Counted from the stretch's first letter, positions 20,205 to 30,768 are shown. The stretch is 64,000 nt of DNA from Candidatus Omnitrophota bacterium (GCA_030632085.1 DAOVJY010000002.1:13325-77324), one strand, 5' to 3'. A program made the numbers and translations. Notes: generated by a model not told the origin, from the sequence alone.

Positions 20205-20296
20205 ATTATCACTATCGATTTATTTCAAATAGCAGTTTTTTTATGGTAAACTTATAAAAAGGTTGTTTTGTTGCGAGTTTATTCGGAGGTGAAAAG

Positions 20297-20989
20297 ATGA
20301 GAGTTATTATAGTTGGTATGGGTAGTATTGGCACCCAGTTAGCTAAAGATTTATGCCAGAGAATTAAAATGGAGTTGGTGTTAATAGATGCCAATGAAGA
20401 AAAATGTGAAGATCTTTCAAGGGATTTTGATGCTTTGGTTTTGCATGGTGACGGTACGGAGCTGGAGCTTTTAAATAAAGCTGACGCCAGGAAGGCTGAC
20501 GCTTTAGTAGCTACAACCGAGTCAGATGCCCTTAATACTGTAGTCGGCATGATGGCCAAGAAACTTAATGTGCCCAAAATTGTGGTTAAATTAAATGATA
20601 TTAACTTAAGAACAGCTTGTAAAGAAATAGGTATTGATTATATTATTTCGCCTACTATTTCAGCGGCAACCGAAATATCCAGCATACTGCACGGATATGA
20701 TATATTAGATTTTTCGCTTTTAATCAGAGGCGGGACCAGACTCATAGAATTAAGCCCGGGGGATACAGCCGGTAAAAAAATTAAAGATATTAATTTACCG
20801 GAAGGGTCTCTTATTATTTCTATTATCAGAGAAAATTCAGCTGTGGTTCCTGAAGGTAAATCTGAAATATTGGAAGATGATATACTCCTAATTCTTGCTG
20901 AAAGCGAAAAAGTGCTTGAAGAGCTTAAAGATATTTTCGGTGAATTAAAGAAAGCAAGAAGAACAAAAGAGAATCATCAAAAATTTTAA
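20297..20989 (+). CDS. trkA: TrkA-family K+ uptake regulatory subunit
   Basis: GMGSIG Rossmann fold, GDGT, C-terminal RCK-C domain. Confidence 0.88.
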   Translation: MRVIIVGMGSIGTQLAKDLCQRIKMELVLIDANEEKCEDLSRDFDALVLHGDGTELELLNKADARKADALVATTESDALNTVVGMMAKKLNVPKIVVKLNDINLRTACKEIGIDYIISPTISAATEISSILHGYDILDFSLLIRGGTRLIELSPGDTAGKKIKDINLPEGSLIISIIRENSAVVPEGKSEILEDDILLILAESEKVLEELKDIFGELKKARRTKENHQKF

Positions 20990-20995
20990 AGATAT

Positions 20996-22459
20996 ATGCT
21001 AAGAAAATATATTAAGCCCATAGACTTTAAGTTGGTCTTTTTTTATCTGGCGGAGCTGGTAGGTATTTTGGGCTTTATTTTAATCATCCCTTTTGCCGTC
21101 TCTTTATTCTTCAGAGAATTTTCTATGGCTTTTTTGCTGGGCTTTATGATGCTGGTATTTTACGTGATAGGTTTCACGGGCAGGAAATTCCAGCTGGTTT
21201 ATAAAAGAAAACCTATCTTAAGGGACGCTCTTATTGTTACCGCTTTAGTATACCTTGTATATAGCTTTTTGGGCGGCCTGGCTTTTATTCTCGTTCCCGG
21301 GCACGGGTATATGGATGGTGTTTTTGAGGTTATGTCGGGCTTGACGACTACAGGCCTTACTATGTATAATCCGGAAAGCTTACCCAGGACTTTGGTTTTT
21401 TTTCGTTCGTATACGCAGTGGTTGGGCGGTTTGGGAATTATTATCATTTCTTTAGCTCTTCTTTTTAGGCCGGGGGGAGCACCTTTTAAACTTTATACCT
21501 CCGAGTTTGGCGAAGAAAATATTATTGGCAGCGTTGTCAAAACATCGAGAACGGTTATTAAGATATATGCCATATTAACCGCCTGCGGGTTTATAGGGTT
21601 TTTAGCGGCCGGCATGGGTTTATATGACGGGCTTATTCATATCATGAGCGCCATTTCTACCGGCGGGTTTTCTGTTTATAGCGATTCTATAGGCTATTAT
21701 AGCAATCCGGTAATCAGCATGACTGTTTGTTTGGTTATGTTTTTAGGTGCGGTTAGTTTCCCCTTGTATTATAAAGTAATCAAAGGGGGGTTAGGAAACT
21801 TTTTTAAAGATGTCCAGGTAAGAGCTCTTTTTGTAATTATTATTCTTTCCTCTATCTTGTTTTTCTTAAGTTTTGGATTTTATTATAAAAACATAGTTCC
21901 GGCTATATTTCAGAGTGTAACCTCGATTACCCAAACCGGTTTTAATACAGTTGGTACCGCGGCTTTATGTGATAAAAGTAAGTATGTAACTATTCTTTTG
22001 ATGATTGTCGGTGGAAGTACGTGTTCCACTACCGGTGGTATTAAAATTTTAAGGTTTATTATCCTTTTAAGCTCTTTAAGATGGCTGGTCTGGAAGAACT
22101 CTTTACCCGAAGAGTCTAAAATATGCCTTAAGGTGGCCGGTGTTGAAATATCTTCAAATACTCTCAGCGTGGTCATGGGCCTGGTTACGGCTTATATGCT
22201 TATTTTATTTTTCTCAACCATAGCCCTTATGTATATTGAAGATTTCAGCTTTGTAGATTCATTTTTTGAAGTAGCCTCCGCTCAGGGCACCGTTGGCCTC
22301 TCCGTTGGTATTACCAGGCCCAGCATGCATTTTCTTGGTAAAATACTTTTTATCTTTAATATGTGGGTAGGCCGTCTTGAAATTATTCCGGTTTTGATTT
22401 TATTATCTCCTATGACCTGGCTTAAGAGCGCCAAAAAACAAGAGCGCCCCGAAATATAG
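20996..22459 (+). CDS. trkH: TrkH K+ uptake membrane protein
   Basis: SGLTTTG, STGGFS, GTVGLS and GRLEI motifs. Confidence 0.92.
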   Translation: MLRKYIKPIDFKLVFFYLAELVGILGFILIIPFAVSLFFREFSMAFLLGFMMLVFYVIGFTGRKFQLVYKRKPILRDALIVTALVYLVYSFLGGLAFILVPGHGYMDGVFEVMSGLTTTGLTMYNPESLPRTLVFFRSYTQWLGGLGIIIISLALLFRPGGAPFKLYTSEFGEENIIGSVVKTSRTVIKIYAILTACGFIGFLAAGMGLYDGLIHIMSAISTGGFSVYSDSIGYYSNPVISMTVCLVMFLGAVSFPLYYKVIKGGLGNFFKDVQVRALFVIIILSSILFFLSFGFYYKNIVPAIFQSVTSITQTGFNTVGTAALCDKSKYVTILLMIVGGSTCSTTGGIKILRFIILLSSLRWLVWKNSLPEESKICLKVAGVEISSNTLSVVMGLVTAYMLILFFSTIALMYIEDFSFVDSFFEVASAQGTVGLSVGITRPSMHFLGKILFIFNMWVGRLEIIPVLILLSPMTWLKSAKKQERPEI

Positions 22460-22473
22460 GTAGTTGATATTTT

Positions 22474-23388
22474 ATGAATAATAATAAAACTTCAAATAAT
22501 TTTTACGCTTTAGGCAAGCGCGGGGCCTGGGTAGGTATAATCGGCAATGTTTTCTTATCTTTTATTAAAATTCTAGCCGGTATCTTAGGTAAAAGTTATA
22601 GCCTTGTTTCCGACGGACTTCATTCTTTATCCGACATTACCTCATCTTTAGCTGTTTTATTTGGGATGATTGTAGCCGCTAAGCCTAAGGACAAAAGGCA
22701 TCCATACGGCCACGGCAAAGCTGAGTCAATTACTTCACTTACAATGGCGGTTATGTTAATCATTTTTGGTTTAATGCTCGGCTATAAAGTTATTTTTTCA
22801 TATTTTAGGAGTGCAATATTTATAGAACCCGCTTCTTATACACTCTGGATAGCTGTTTTTTCGGTTGTGGCGAAGGAAACTATGTATCGTTATAAGATAT
22901 GTTTGGGAAAGAGAATAAAAAGTACTTCTTTAATTGCTGATGCCTGGCATCATAGATCAGATGCTTTTTCTTCAGCTGTAGTTGTTATAGCTTTAGTGCT
23001 TACAATTTATGGTGGCGAAAGATGGGCCTTTATGGACCGACTGGGAGCTTTGATTGTCTCCGTCATGATTTTATATATAGGCATTAAAATATATCTAAGA
23101 GCTTCCTCGGAACTTATGGATGAAAGTGTTGACCTTGAGATAAAAAGAGAAGTTAAAAAACTTGCTTCAACTATTAAAGAAGTAAAGTATATAGAAACGC
23201 TTTTAGTTAGAAAGGCGGGATTAGATTTTTTAGTTGATATACATATAGAGGTTGACGCTAATCTCAATGTTTTAGAATCCCACGGTATTGCCAAGCTGGT
23301 AAAAAGTAAAATACTGCAAGAAATGCCGCGAGTAAAATCTGTTTTGGTCCATGTTGAGCCATACGAAGCAAAAGGAGGTAAGAAATGA
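22474..23388 (+). CDS. Cation diffusion facilitator transporter
   Basis: DGLHSLSD, HPYGHGKAE and DAWHHRSD motifs. Confidence 0.92.
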   Translation: MNNNKTSNNFYALGKRGAWVGIIGNVFLSFIKILAGILGKSYSLVSDGLHSLSDITSSLAVLFGMIVAAKPKDKRHPYGHGKAESITSLTMAVMLIIFGLMLGYKVIFSYFRSAIFIEPASYTLWIAVFSVVAKETMYRYKICLGKRIKSTSLIADAWHHRSDAFSSAVVVIALVLTIYGGERWAFMDRLGALIVSVMILYIGIKIYLRASSELMDESVDLEIKREVKKLASTIKEVKYIETLLVRKAGLDFLVDIHIEVDANLNVLESHGIAKLVKSKILQEMPRVKSVLVHVEPYEAKGGKK

Positions 23389-23750
23389 AATTTCTAATTT
23401 TCATGAGCTTATACTTTATAGTGATGGGGGTAATTATGATTTTATTTCCCGGGAAGCTTAAGAAAAAATTCAGCTATTTATTGTCTTGGAAAAGCTATAA
23501 GCCCCTGGGAGCGGTTGCCGCCTTAGTGGGCCTTATCCTTTTTATTGTTAGCGGCAACAGTAAAATGGGGCTTTTTGTAGTCCTGATAGGTATTTTATCA
23601 TTAACTAAAGGTTTATTTTTTATATTTGCCGCTCACGATAAAGCCAAATTTATTATTAATTGGAGCGCGTCATTAACAGATGATTATTATCGCGTCTGGG
23701 GTGTGATTGTTTTTGCTATGGGTATGTTTCTAATTTTCTCCGTTGTATAA
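23385..23750 (+). CDS. Small membrane protein (DUF2065-like)
   Basis: Four hydrophobic segments, GGAGG RBS, translational coupling to the upstream gene. Confidence 0.65.
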   Translation: MKFLIFMSLYFIVMGVIMILFPGKLKKKFSYLLSWKSYKPLGAVAALVGLILFIVSGNSKMGLFVVLIGILSLTKGLFFIFAAHDKAKFIINWSASLTDDYYRVWGVIVFAMGMFLIFSVV

Positions 23751-23774
23751 TCTAAAAAAAATTATTAAAAAAAC

Positions 23775-23828
23775 TTGACGGAACTGCTATCTTCGTGTAT
23801 TATTGTTAATGGAAGTCATTTTCAATAA
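23775..23828 (+). promoter_or_regulatory. Promoter with Fur-box-like operator
   Basis: TTGACG-17 bp-TATTAT; imperfect palindrome TTAATGGAAGTCATTTTCAATAA directly before the fur-family gene. Confidence 0.65.
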
Positions 23829-23839
23829 GGAGATTATTT

Positions 23840-24286
23840 ATGCGTGGGCATGGCAGATGGTTTCATGGAAGAATTAGAGGGTGCGGTTATCGCTTGACGC
23901 TTCCCCGGATGAAAATAATTGAGGTGTTGAATTCATCAAACGGCCATTTAAGCGCTGAAGACGTATTTGTGAAGGTTCACCGGATATATCCGGCTGTAGG
24001 TTTGACAACAGTTTATAGAACGCTGGAAATGTTGGTTGCTTCCGGCATTGTTGTTAAAATAGACGCGGGTGATGGTAAAGCGCGTTATAAGTTTAAAAAA
24101 ACTCTCGAAGAAGAGCCTCATTTTCACTTAATATGTAAAAAGTGCGGCAATATCATTGATGTTAAAGCTGATAAAGAGTTGGAAAAGAATATTCATAGGG
24201 CAAAAGAGGAATATATAAAAAGATATAGATTTAAAGTGGATAATCCGCAACTCCGTTTTTATGGATATTGCGAAAGTTGTAAATAA
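23840..24286 (+). CDS. Fur-family transcriptional regulator
   Basis: HLSAEDV, TTVYRTL, HFHLICKKCG and GYCESC motifs. Confidence 0.92.
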   Translation: MRGHGRWFHGRIRGCGYRLTLPRMKIIEVLNSSNGHLSAEDVFVKVHRIYPAVGLTTVYRTLEMLVASGIVVKIDAGDGKARYKFKKTLEEEPHFHLICKKCGNIIDVKADKELEKNIHRAKEEYIKRYRFKVDNPQLRFYGYCESCK

Positions 24287-24301
24287 GAAGGAGGTTTAGT
24301 T

Positions 24302-24634
24302 ATGCCAAGAGGAGATGGAACAGGCCCTAATAATCAGGGTCCGATGACAGGGAGAGGAATGGGTTATTGTGCCGGTTATGCAGTTCCGGGTTATGGTCAG
24401 GGCAGAGGCATGGGTTTAGGCCGTGGTTTTAGAGGTAGATTTTTTAGGGGAGCAATGCCCTATGGAGGCAGAGGCTGGGGTTATAATGCCTGGGTAGATA
24501 CTCCCTATGGCCCTATGATGCAGGCTTCCGCTAATCCTACGCCTGAAGAAGAAAAGGTCTTTTTAAAAGATCAGGCTAAAATGATGGAAGACGAACTAAA
24601 AGCCATAAAACAGCGTTTGTCTGAAATTAAATAA
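24302..24634 (+). CDS. DUF5320-family Gly/Arg-rich protein
   Basis: MPRGDGTGP..GPMTGRGMGYC N-terminus and C-terminal coiled coil. Confidence 0.85.
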   Translation: MPRGDGTGPNNQGPMTGRGMGYCAGYAVPGYGQGRGMGLGRGFRGRFFRGAMPYGGRGWGYNAWVDTPYGPMMQASANPTPEEEKVFLKDQAKMMEDELKAIKQRLSEIK

Positions 24635-24662
24635 GGCTTTTAATTTAAAGTGGAGAAAAGTT

Positions 24663-25052
24663 ATGAAAACAGTTATTTCAACTGAAGATGGGCAGGTTGC
24701 TGAGCATTTTGGCCGCTGCCCGCAGTTTACTGTTATAGAGTATACTGAGGGTAAATTGATTAAAGAAGAGGTGATTGCTAATCCCGGCCATCATCCGGGA
24801 TATCTACCGGCTTTTTTTAAAAAAATGCAGGTAGATAGTATTATCTGCGGCGGGATGGGCCAAAGAGCTAAAATGCTTTTTGATGAAGCTCAGATAAAAA
24901 CTATTACCGGAATAAGCGGGAGTATTAAAGAAGCAACGGATAGGCTCCTTAAAGGTGAGCTGAAACCATTAGATAATGTTTGTGATCCCGGAGCCGGTAA
25001 AGGCTACGGTGTGGAAAAAACTGAGTGTGAGCATGAAGAGTCGGGGGAATAA
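24663..25052 (+). CDS. NifB/NifX-family Fe-Mo cluster-binding protein
   Basis: HFGRCPQF and CGGMG motifs. Confidence 0.88.
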   Translation: MKTVISTEDGQVAEHFGRCPQFTVIEYTEGKLIKEEVIANPGHHPGYLPAFFKKMQVDSIICGGMGQRAKMLFDEAQIKTITGISGSIKEATDRLLKGELKPLDNVCDPGAGKGYGVEKTECEHEESGE

Positions 25053-25087
25053 AGGGAAGGAAGTTAATTCGGGCAAATAAATTTAAT

Positions 25088-25179
25088 ATCCCGCATTTCG
25101 CTAAAGCTCAAAGTTGCGGGATTTAATTCGGCCATATGATTTATGAGCACTATAGTTCCATAAATCATGGCCTCATTAA
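25088..25179 (+). repeat. Dispersed double-hairpin element, copy 1
   Basis: ATCCCGCA..TGCGGGAT, then TTAATTC-GGCC..ATGATTTATG..CATAAATCAT-GGCC-TCATTAA. Confidence 0.8.
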
Positions 25180-25191
25180 AGGAGGAGAAAG

Positions 25192-25566
25192 ATGAAAGTA
25201 TGCTTAAGTTCTACGGGTGATAATTTAGATGCCCAAATAGATACACGCTTCGGCCGCTGCCGTTATTTTCTTTTTATCGACACTGATGGCATGGAAGTTG
25301 AGGCGATGGATAATGCTAATATTGCCTCGGCAGGCGGAGCCGGCATCAGGTCAGCCCAGTTGGTAGCTGATAAAGGGGCAGAAGTTCTTATAACCGGTAA
25401 TGTAGGCCCTAACGCCTTTGATGTTTTAAGTGCCGCCGGTATTAAAATTTATAGCGGCGCATCCGGCAGCATTAAAGACGCTTTAGAAAAATTGAAAACA
25501 GGTGGATTGAATGAGACCGGCGGCCCGGATGTAGGAAGTAAATTTGGTTTCGGAGGCGGCAAGTAA
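25192..25566 (+). CDS. NifB/NifX-family Fe-Mo cluster-binding protein
   Basis: RFGRCRYF, GGAGI and GNVGPNA motifs. Confidence 0.88.
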   Translation: MKVCLSSTGDNLDAQIDTRFGRCRYFLFIDTDGMEVEAMDNANIASAGGAGIRSAQLVADKGAEVLITGNVGPNAFDVLSAAGIKIYSGASGSIKDALEKLKTGGLNETGGPDVGSKFGFGGGK

Positions 25567-26169
25567 TTGGATATCAAAGCTGAAGAAAACCATAAGCGAT
25601 ATTTAGAAAGACTGGAGAAATCCAGGAGTTTTGGTTACGACCATTTAAAAATTCGCCATGGGATATTAAAAGAAGTACTGCCTTTAAAAGGAGTTATCGC
25701 AGACGTTGGTGCCGGCAAAGGCCATATGAGTCTGGCTTTAGCCAGCGCCGGTTATAATATTGACAGTATTGATATATCTTCTGAAGAACAGGAATTTGCT
25801 AAATTAAATTTGGCTTATTATAGGGTAATCGAGAGGGTAAAATTTCACATTGCTGATGCTGTGAACCTTTTTTATAAAGATAATTCTGTTGATTATATCT
25901 TCTGTGTTTGTGTAATGCACCATATTCAAAATTATAAAAAAGTAATTAATGAATTTTTTAGAATTATAAAACCAAAAGGAAAAATAATTATATCTGATTT
26001 TTCCATTAAGGGCCTGGAGCTTATCGCTCAAATGCATCAATCAGAAAATAGAGTTCACGAAACTACTATCGATAGCTTGAAGGTTGTTGAAGATTATTTA
26101 AATGAACAAAATAAACAGTTTAAGAAATTAAATCAGGATCATCAAGATACTTTAATAATTACTTCTTAA
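25567..26169 (+). CDS. Class I SAM-dependent methyltransferase
   Basis: DVGAGKG motif I; IIKPKGKIIISD. Confidence 0.85.
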   Translation: MDIKAEENHKRYLERLEKSRSFGYDHLKIRHGILKEVLPLKGVIADVGAGKGHMSLALASAGYNIDSIDISSEEQEFAKLNLAYYRVIERVKFHIADAVNLFYKDNSVDYIFCVCVMHHIQNYKKVINEFFRIIKPKGKIIISDFSIKGLELIAQMHQSENRVHETTIDSLKVVEDYLNEQNKQFKKLNQDHQDTLIITS

Positions 26170-26196
26170 GAAAAATATTATAAGGAGGCGATTTAA

Positions 26197-26427
26197 ATGC
26201 CATTTGGAGACGGTACAGGGCCAGGAGGCCAGGGAGCAGGTAGAGGAAGAGGAGCAGGTAGAGGCGGCGGTAGAGGCCGTATGGGTGGTAACAAGCCCGG
26301 CGCGGGGCCGAGCGGATATTGTGTCTGCCCAAATTCTAAATGTGATGGTAAACTTGTTCATCAAGCGGGTATACCATGTTATGAACTAACTTGTCCTAAA
26401 TGCGGGGCACGCATGGTAAGAGGATAA
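26197..26427 (+). CDS. Small protein with DUF5320-like RG-rich N-terminus and Cys/His metal-binding C-terminus
   Basis: MPFGDGTGP, GRG repeats, CVCP..C..H..PC..CPKCG; AGGAGG RBS. Confidence 0.8.
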   Translation: MPFGDGTGPGGQGAGRGRGAGRGGGRGRMGGNKPGAGPSGYCVCPNSKCDGKLVHQAGIPCYELTCPKCGARMVRG

Positions 26428-26434
26428 TTTCCGG

Positions 26435-26535
26435 GACTAAATCTTCGGAATTTCACAGCGTGAAATTCCAGAGGGTCTGACAATTTTGCGACTCTCGGCG
26501 GAATTAATTCATCCTGCCATTATGGAACTCATTAA
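26435..26535 (+). repeat. Dispersed hairpin element, degenerate copy 2a
   Basis: GGAATTTCAC-AGC-GTGAAATTCC hairpin; TTAATTC (26504)..TCATTAA (26535). Confidence 0.6.
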
Positions 26536-26547
26536 GGAAATCAATAG

Positions 26548-26661
26548 ACTCCTCGCTTAAATAAAGGTAAATTTTCTTCGACAATTTACCTTTAAGCTTC
26601 GGAGTTAATTCTGGTCTATCATTTACAACAATGAAGTTGGTGTAAATGATGCCCTCATTAA
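26548..26661 (+). repeat. Dispersed double-hairpin element, copy 2b
   Basis: Close homolog of 39524-39636; AAAGGTAAATT..AATTTACCTTT and ATCATTTAC..GTAAATGAT stems. Confidence 0.9.
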
Positions 26662-26671
26662 GGAGAGGTAA

Positions 26672-28015
26672 ATGAAAAAGACGGATGTTTTGGTTGTTGG
26701 AGGAGGCCCGGCTGGCATTATAAGCGCGGTTACAGCCCGCAGGTATTATCCGGAAAAGGAAGTCAAACTGATTAAATCGGTAGATAAAGGAGTTATTCCC
26801 TGCGCCATACCTTATATGTTTTACAGTTTGAAAAGTCTTAAAGAAAATGCCCAGGGCAACGCGCCTCTTGAAAAGAATAATGTTGAAGTAATAGTTGATG
26901 AAGTTACAAAAATATCACCTGATAAAAAGTGTGTTACAACTAAAAAGGGAGAAGAGTATCAGTATGACAAGTTAATAATGGCGATGGGTTCAGAGCCCGT
27001 TATTCCTCCTATCTCCGGAGCGGACAAAGAGAACGTCTTTGCTATCTATAAAGATATGGAATACTTAGAAAAGCTTGCTGAGAAAATAAAAGGGTTTGAG
27101 AATGTGCTTATTGTGGGGGGAGGATTTATCGGAATAGAGTTTGCTGATGAACTGTCCTGCCGTAAAGAGTTTAACGTATCTTTAGTAGAGATGCTGCCTT
27201 CTATTTTGAGCCAGTCTTTTGATGCTGAATTTTCTGCTCCAGTCAAGGAAAGGCTGGAAAAAAAGGGCGTGAAGCTGTTAACAGGTGTAGTTTTAGAGGA
27301 AATTTTGGGTGAAGAAAAAGTTGAGGGAGTTAGATTATCAGGTAATAAAAAAATAGACGTAGATTGCGTTATTTTTGGTATTGGGGCTTCGCCCAACACT
27401 AAAGTAGCTCAGGAAGCTGGAATAGTTATAAATAAAGGCAAGGGAGTATGGGTTGATGAGTATATGAGGACGTCAGAGCCGGATATTTTTGCCGTTGGCG
27501 ACTGTGCCGGCAAAAGAGATTTCTTTACCCGTAAGGGGACGGCGATTTTACTTGCCTCAACAGCTACGGCAGAAGCTAGAATCGCGGGCGCCAGCTTATA
27601 TAAGTTAAAGTTGATTAGGGAGAATAAAGGGACCATTGCCATTTATTCCACCCGTATTGACGGCCTGGTTTTAGGGTCGGCGGGGATGACTGAAGATAGC
27701 GCTAAGAAGGAAGGGTTTGAAGTTGTAACCGGCCTGGTAGAAGGTGTTGATAAACATCCCGGGACTATGCCCGAGGCAAGCAAACTAATGGTTAAGCTTA
27801 TCTTTTCAAAGCAGTCGGGAATTATTTTGGGAGGACAGGTTGCCGGAGGTATGAGCTGCGGTGAGCTGATAAATGTTATCGGGGTTGCTATACAGCAAAG
27901 AGTTTCCTTGAATGAATTTGAAACTTTGCAGATGGCTACTCATCCATGTCTGACCGCGGCTCCCACAAAATATCCTTTAATCATCGCGGCCCAGAATGCT
28001 TCAAGTAAGATGTAA
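26672..28015 (+). CDS. FAD-dependent pyridine nucleotide-disulfide oxidoreductase (NADH oxidase/CoA-disulfide reductase-like)
   Basis: GGGPAG, single Cys in PCAIPY, GGGFIG and FAVGDC motifs. Confidence 0.88.
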   Translation: MKKTDVLVVGGGPAGIISAVTARRYYPEKEVKLIKSVDKGVIPCAIPYMFYSLKSLKENAQGNAPLEKNNVEVIVDEVTKISPDKKCVTTKKGEEYQYDKLIMAMGSEPVIPPISGADKENVFAIYKDMEYLEKLAEKIKGFENVLIVGGGFIGIEFADELSCRKEFNVSLVEMLPSILSQSFDAEFSAPVKERLEKKGVKLLTGVVLEEILGEEKVEGVRLSGNKKIDVDCVIFGIGASPNTKVAQEAGIVINKGKGVWVDEYMRTSEPDIFAVGDCAGKRDFFTRKGTAILLASTATAEARIAGASLYKLKLIRENKGTIAIYSTRIDGLVLGSAGMTEDSAKKEGFEVVTGLVEGVDKHPGTMPEASKLMVKLIFSKQSGIILGGQVAGGMSCGELINVIGVAIQQRVSLNEFETLQMATHPCLTAAPTKYPLIIAAQNASSKM

Positions 28016-28093
28016 GTATTTTTGCGGCAGAAAATAGAGAGAATTATAAGAAAGCGCCGGATGATTAAGGCCGGTGTGGATAGGAAAGCGTTT

Positions 28094-29917
28094 ATGAATA
28101 TTGCAATTTCAAGCGGCAAAGGCGGCACAGGTAAGACTTTTGTCGCTACCAATTTGGCTATTGTTCTAAAGAAACAGGATAATAAAGTTGCCTATCTGGA
28201 TTGTGACGTTGAAGAGCCCAACGGACATCTTTTTTTAAAGCCGGCAGTAATTACGGCTAAAGATATTCACATTACAGCACCGGCTGGCGTTGATAAAGAG
28301 AAATGCGATAACTGTAAAAAATGTGTTTCTGCCTGCGCCTTTAACGCCATTGCTTCGATTAAAGATAAAATTCTTTTTTTCAGGCAGTTATGTCATGCCT
28401 GCGGCGCTTGCCGAATAGCCTGCCCCAAAGACGCTATTATTTATGAAGAAAGAAAAATAGGTGTTTTAAATTCAGGAACCGCGGATAAAATAAATATTAT
28501 CTATGGGGAACTTCAGACGGGTGAAGGGGCTATGACTCCCCGGTTAATCAGTGAAGTTAAAAAACATATAAATTCTCAGGCCATTAATTTAATTGATACG
28601 GCTCCCGGCACATCCTGCCCCGTGGTTGAAGCTATTTCCGGTATGGATTTAGTGGTTTTAGTTACTGATCCGACTCCATTTGGAGTTAATGATCTTAAGC
28701 TCTCAGTAGATATGTGCCGTATGGTAGGCCATGAGCCTGTAGTTTTGGTCAATAGGGCTGATTATAAAAATAATGATTTAATTGAATATTGCGAAAAAGC
28801 TCAGCTTGATATTATTGGTGAGATACCGGATGACAGGCAGGTGGCTGAACTATATTCTGAGGGCAAGATGGCTGTCAAGTATTTAAAGGCCTATGATGAC
28901 CTATTTTCAAAGATAGGTGAAGAGATTATCCAAAGGGCGTTAAATAAAAAAATACCAAAAGTTTTAAAGAATCCGCAAAAGAGTAGTTTTACAAATAAAC
29001 TTAGCGCCATACCGGCCCAGGCAGAACCCATCCGAAGCAGATATGATGAAATTATAATTATCAGCGGCAAAGGCGGCACCGGCAAAACAACCATAGCCGG
29101 TGGTTTTGCCAGCTTAAGCAAAAACGCGCTTATAACTGATTGTGACGTTGACGCGGCAGACCTGCATATTCTTTTATCTCCTGAGATAAAAGAGGGATAT
29201 CTATTTTCAGGCGGTAAAAAAGCGGCAATTGATCAGGAGAAGTGTACTGCTTGCGGCAGATGTTATGAAGAGTGTCGTTTTGGTGCCGTTAAAAAAGAAG
29301 GCAGCGGTTTTATAATTGATCCTTTAAAATGTGAAGGCTGTAATACCTGTTCTTTGGTTTGTCCTCAAGATGCCATAAAATTAGAAGAGGCGGTTAACGG
29401 AGAGCTTTATGTTTCCGAAAGCCGTTTTGGTCCTATGGTGCACGCTAAACTCTACGCGGCTGAAGAAAATTCAGGTAAATTAGTCAGTCTTATCAGGCAG
29501 ATGGCCAGAGACAAAGTTGCAAATGTTTCCACCGCTATTTCTCTCAATGACGGCGCGCCCGGAACCGGTTGTCCGGTAATTGCCTCAATTAGCGGCGCGG
29601 ATTACGCGGTTGTGGTTACAGAGCCGACGGTTTCCGGAATTCATGATGCCGGCAGAGTTTTTGAACTCTGTACTTTTTTTAATATCAAGGCAGGTTTAAT
29701 TGTAAATAAGAGTGATATAAATTTAAACAAGGCTGAAGAATTGAAAGCTATAGCTTTGAAATCCAATGTGGACTTTTTAGGTATGGTGCCTTATGATAAA
29801 AGTACAACAGAGGCTCAAATGTTAAATAAAAGCGTAATTGAATATGATCAGGAATGCCCGGCGTCAAAACGCATTAGAGATATTTGGCAGGATTTAATTG
29901 AGAAGGTGAAAGTATGA
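28094..29917 (+). CDS. Fusion of two MinD-type P-loop ATPases, each with an inserted 4Fe-4S ferredoxin (COG1149)
   Basis: Two SGKGGTGKT motifs, each followed by paired CxxCxxCxxxC; start moved to ATG 28094. Confidence 0.88.
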   Translation: MNIAISSGKGGTGKTFVATNLAIVLKKQDNKVAYLDCDVEEPNGHLFLKPAVITAKDIHITAPAGVDKEKCDNCKKCVSACAFNAIASIKDKILFFRQLCHACGACRIACPKDAIIYEERKIGVLNSGTADKINIIYGELQTGEGAMTPRLISEVKKHINSQAINLIDTAPGTSCPVVEAISGMDLVVLVTDPTPFGVNDLKLSVDMCRMVGHEPVVLVNRADYKNNDLIEYCEKAQLDIIGEIPDDRQVAELYSEGKMAVKYLKAYDDLFSKIGEEIIQRALNKKIPKVLKNPQKSSFTNKLSAIPAQAEPIRSRYDEIIIISGKGGTGKTTIAGGFASLSKNALITDCDVDAADLHILLSPEIKEGYLFSGGKKAAIDQEKCTACGRCYEECRFGAVKKEGSGFIIDPLKCEGCNTCSLVCPQDAIKLEEAVNGELYVSESRFGPMVHAKLYAAEENSGKLVSLIRQMARDKVANVSTAISLNDGAPGTGCPVIASISGADYAVVVTEPTVSGIHDAGRVFELCTFFNIKAGLIVNKSDINLNKAEELKAIALKSNVDFLGMVPYDKSTTEAQMLNKSVIEYDQECPASKRIRDIWQDLIEKVKV

Positions 29918-30768
29918 AAACCAATACTCATTGCATTCCATGTTTTTTAAGGCAGGCCAATGAAACCCTGGATAGAATTAGTGTTCCTGAAAACAAAAAA
30001 AGAGAAATCCTAAAAGCTGTCTCAGATGCTATTTTTAAAGTCCCCTTCGAGAAAAGTCCGCCGCATGTTGCCAGGAAGGTATATGAGGTTATAAGTGAAT
30101 TAACAGGCATTGAAGACGCCTATAAAAAAGAAAAAAAGCATGCCAATGAACTGGTTTTAAAGCTTTATCCTGAATTAAAAAAGAGAATAAATAATTCCGG
30201 CAACCCTCTATTTGAAGCTGTTCGCTTAGCGGCCATTGGAAATATAATAGACTTAGGCGTTAAATCAACTTTCAACCTGGAAGAAGAGTTAAAAGAAGAT
30301 TCAAATACAGAGTTTAAAATTTTTGACTTTGAAATATTTAAAGATAAATTAAGCAAAGCTAAAAATATTCTCTATATAGCTGATAATACCGGTGAAATTG
30401 TTTTTGATAAACTTCTAATTGAAGAGATCAAAAAACCGGTAACTATTGCCGTGCGGGGAAAACCTATAATCAACGACGCTACTTTGGAAGATGCTCTTAA
30501 TTGCGGCTTGGATAAAGTGGCTCATGTTATTTCCAGTGGTTCTGACGGCCCGGCTGCCATATTGGACAGTTGTAGCCGGGAATTTTTGGATATATTTGAT
30601 AAAGCCGATTTTATTATAAGCAAAGGACAGGGTAATTTTGAAGAATTATGCGATAGAGATGAACCCATTTTTTTTATTTTTAAAGCTAAATGCCCGGCTG
30701 TGGCCGATGATTTGCGAGTTAATGTAGGTGATATGATATTAAGTTACAAAACCCACCGGAAAAAATGA
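29914..30768 (+). CDS. DUF89/ARMT1-like damage-control phosphatase
   Basis: CIPC, GNIID, DNTGEIVFD and SKGQGNFE motifs. Confidence 0.9.
   Translation: MKTNTHCIPCFLRQANETLDRISVPENKKREILKAVSDAIFKVPFEKSPPHVARKVYEVISELTGIEDAYKKEKKHANELVLKLYPELKKRINNSGNPLFEAVRLAAIGNIIDLGVKSTFNLEEELKEDSNTEFKIFDFEIFKDKLSKAKNILYIADNTGEIVFDKLLIEEIKKPVTIAVRGKPIINDATLEDALNCGLDKVAHVISSGSDGPAAILDSCSREFLDIFDKADFIISKGQGNFEELCDRDEPIFFIFKAKCPAVADDLRVNVGDMILSYKTHRKK

Noticed and set aside
24663-25566. NifX-like genes plus nifJ as evidence of nitrogen fixation
   Set aside because: No nifHDK in the window; both families are common in non-diazotrophs
26548-26661. Hairpin elements as ordinary intrinsic terminators or tRNAs
   Set aside because: No T tract, no cloverleaf or T-loop; multi-copy with a conserved frame
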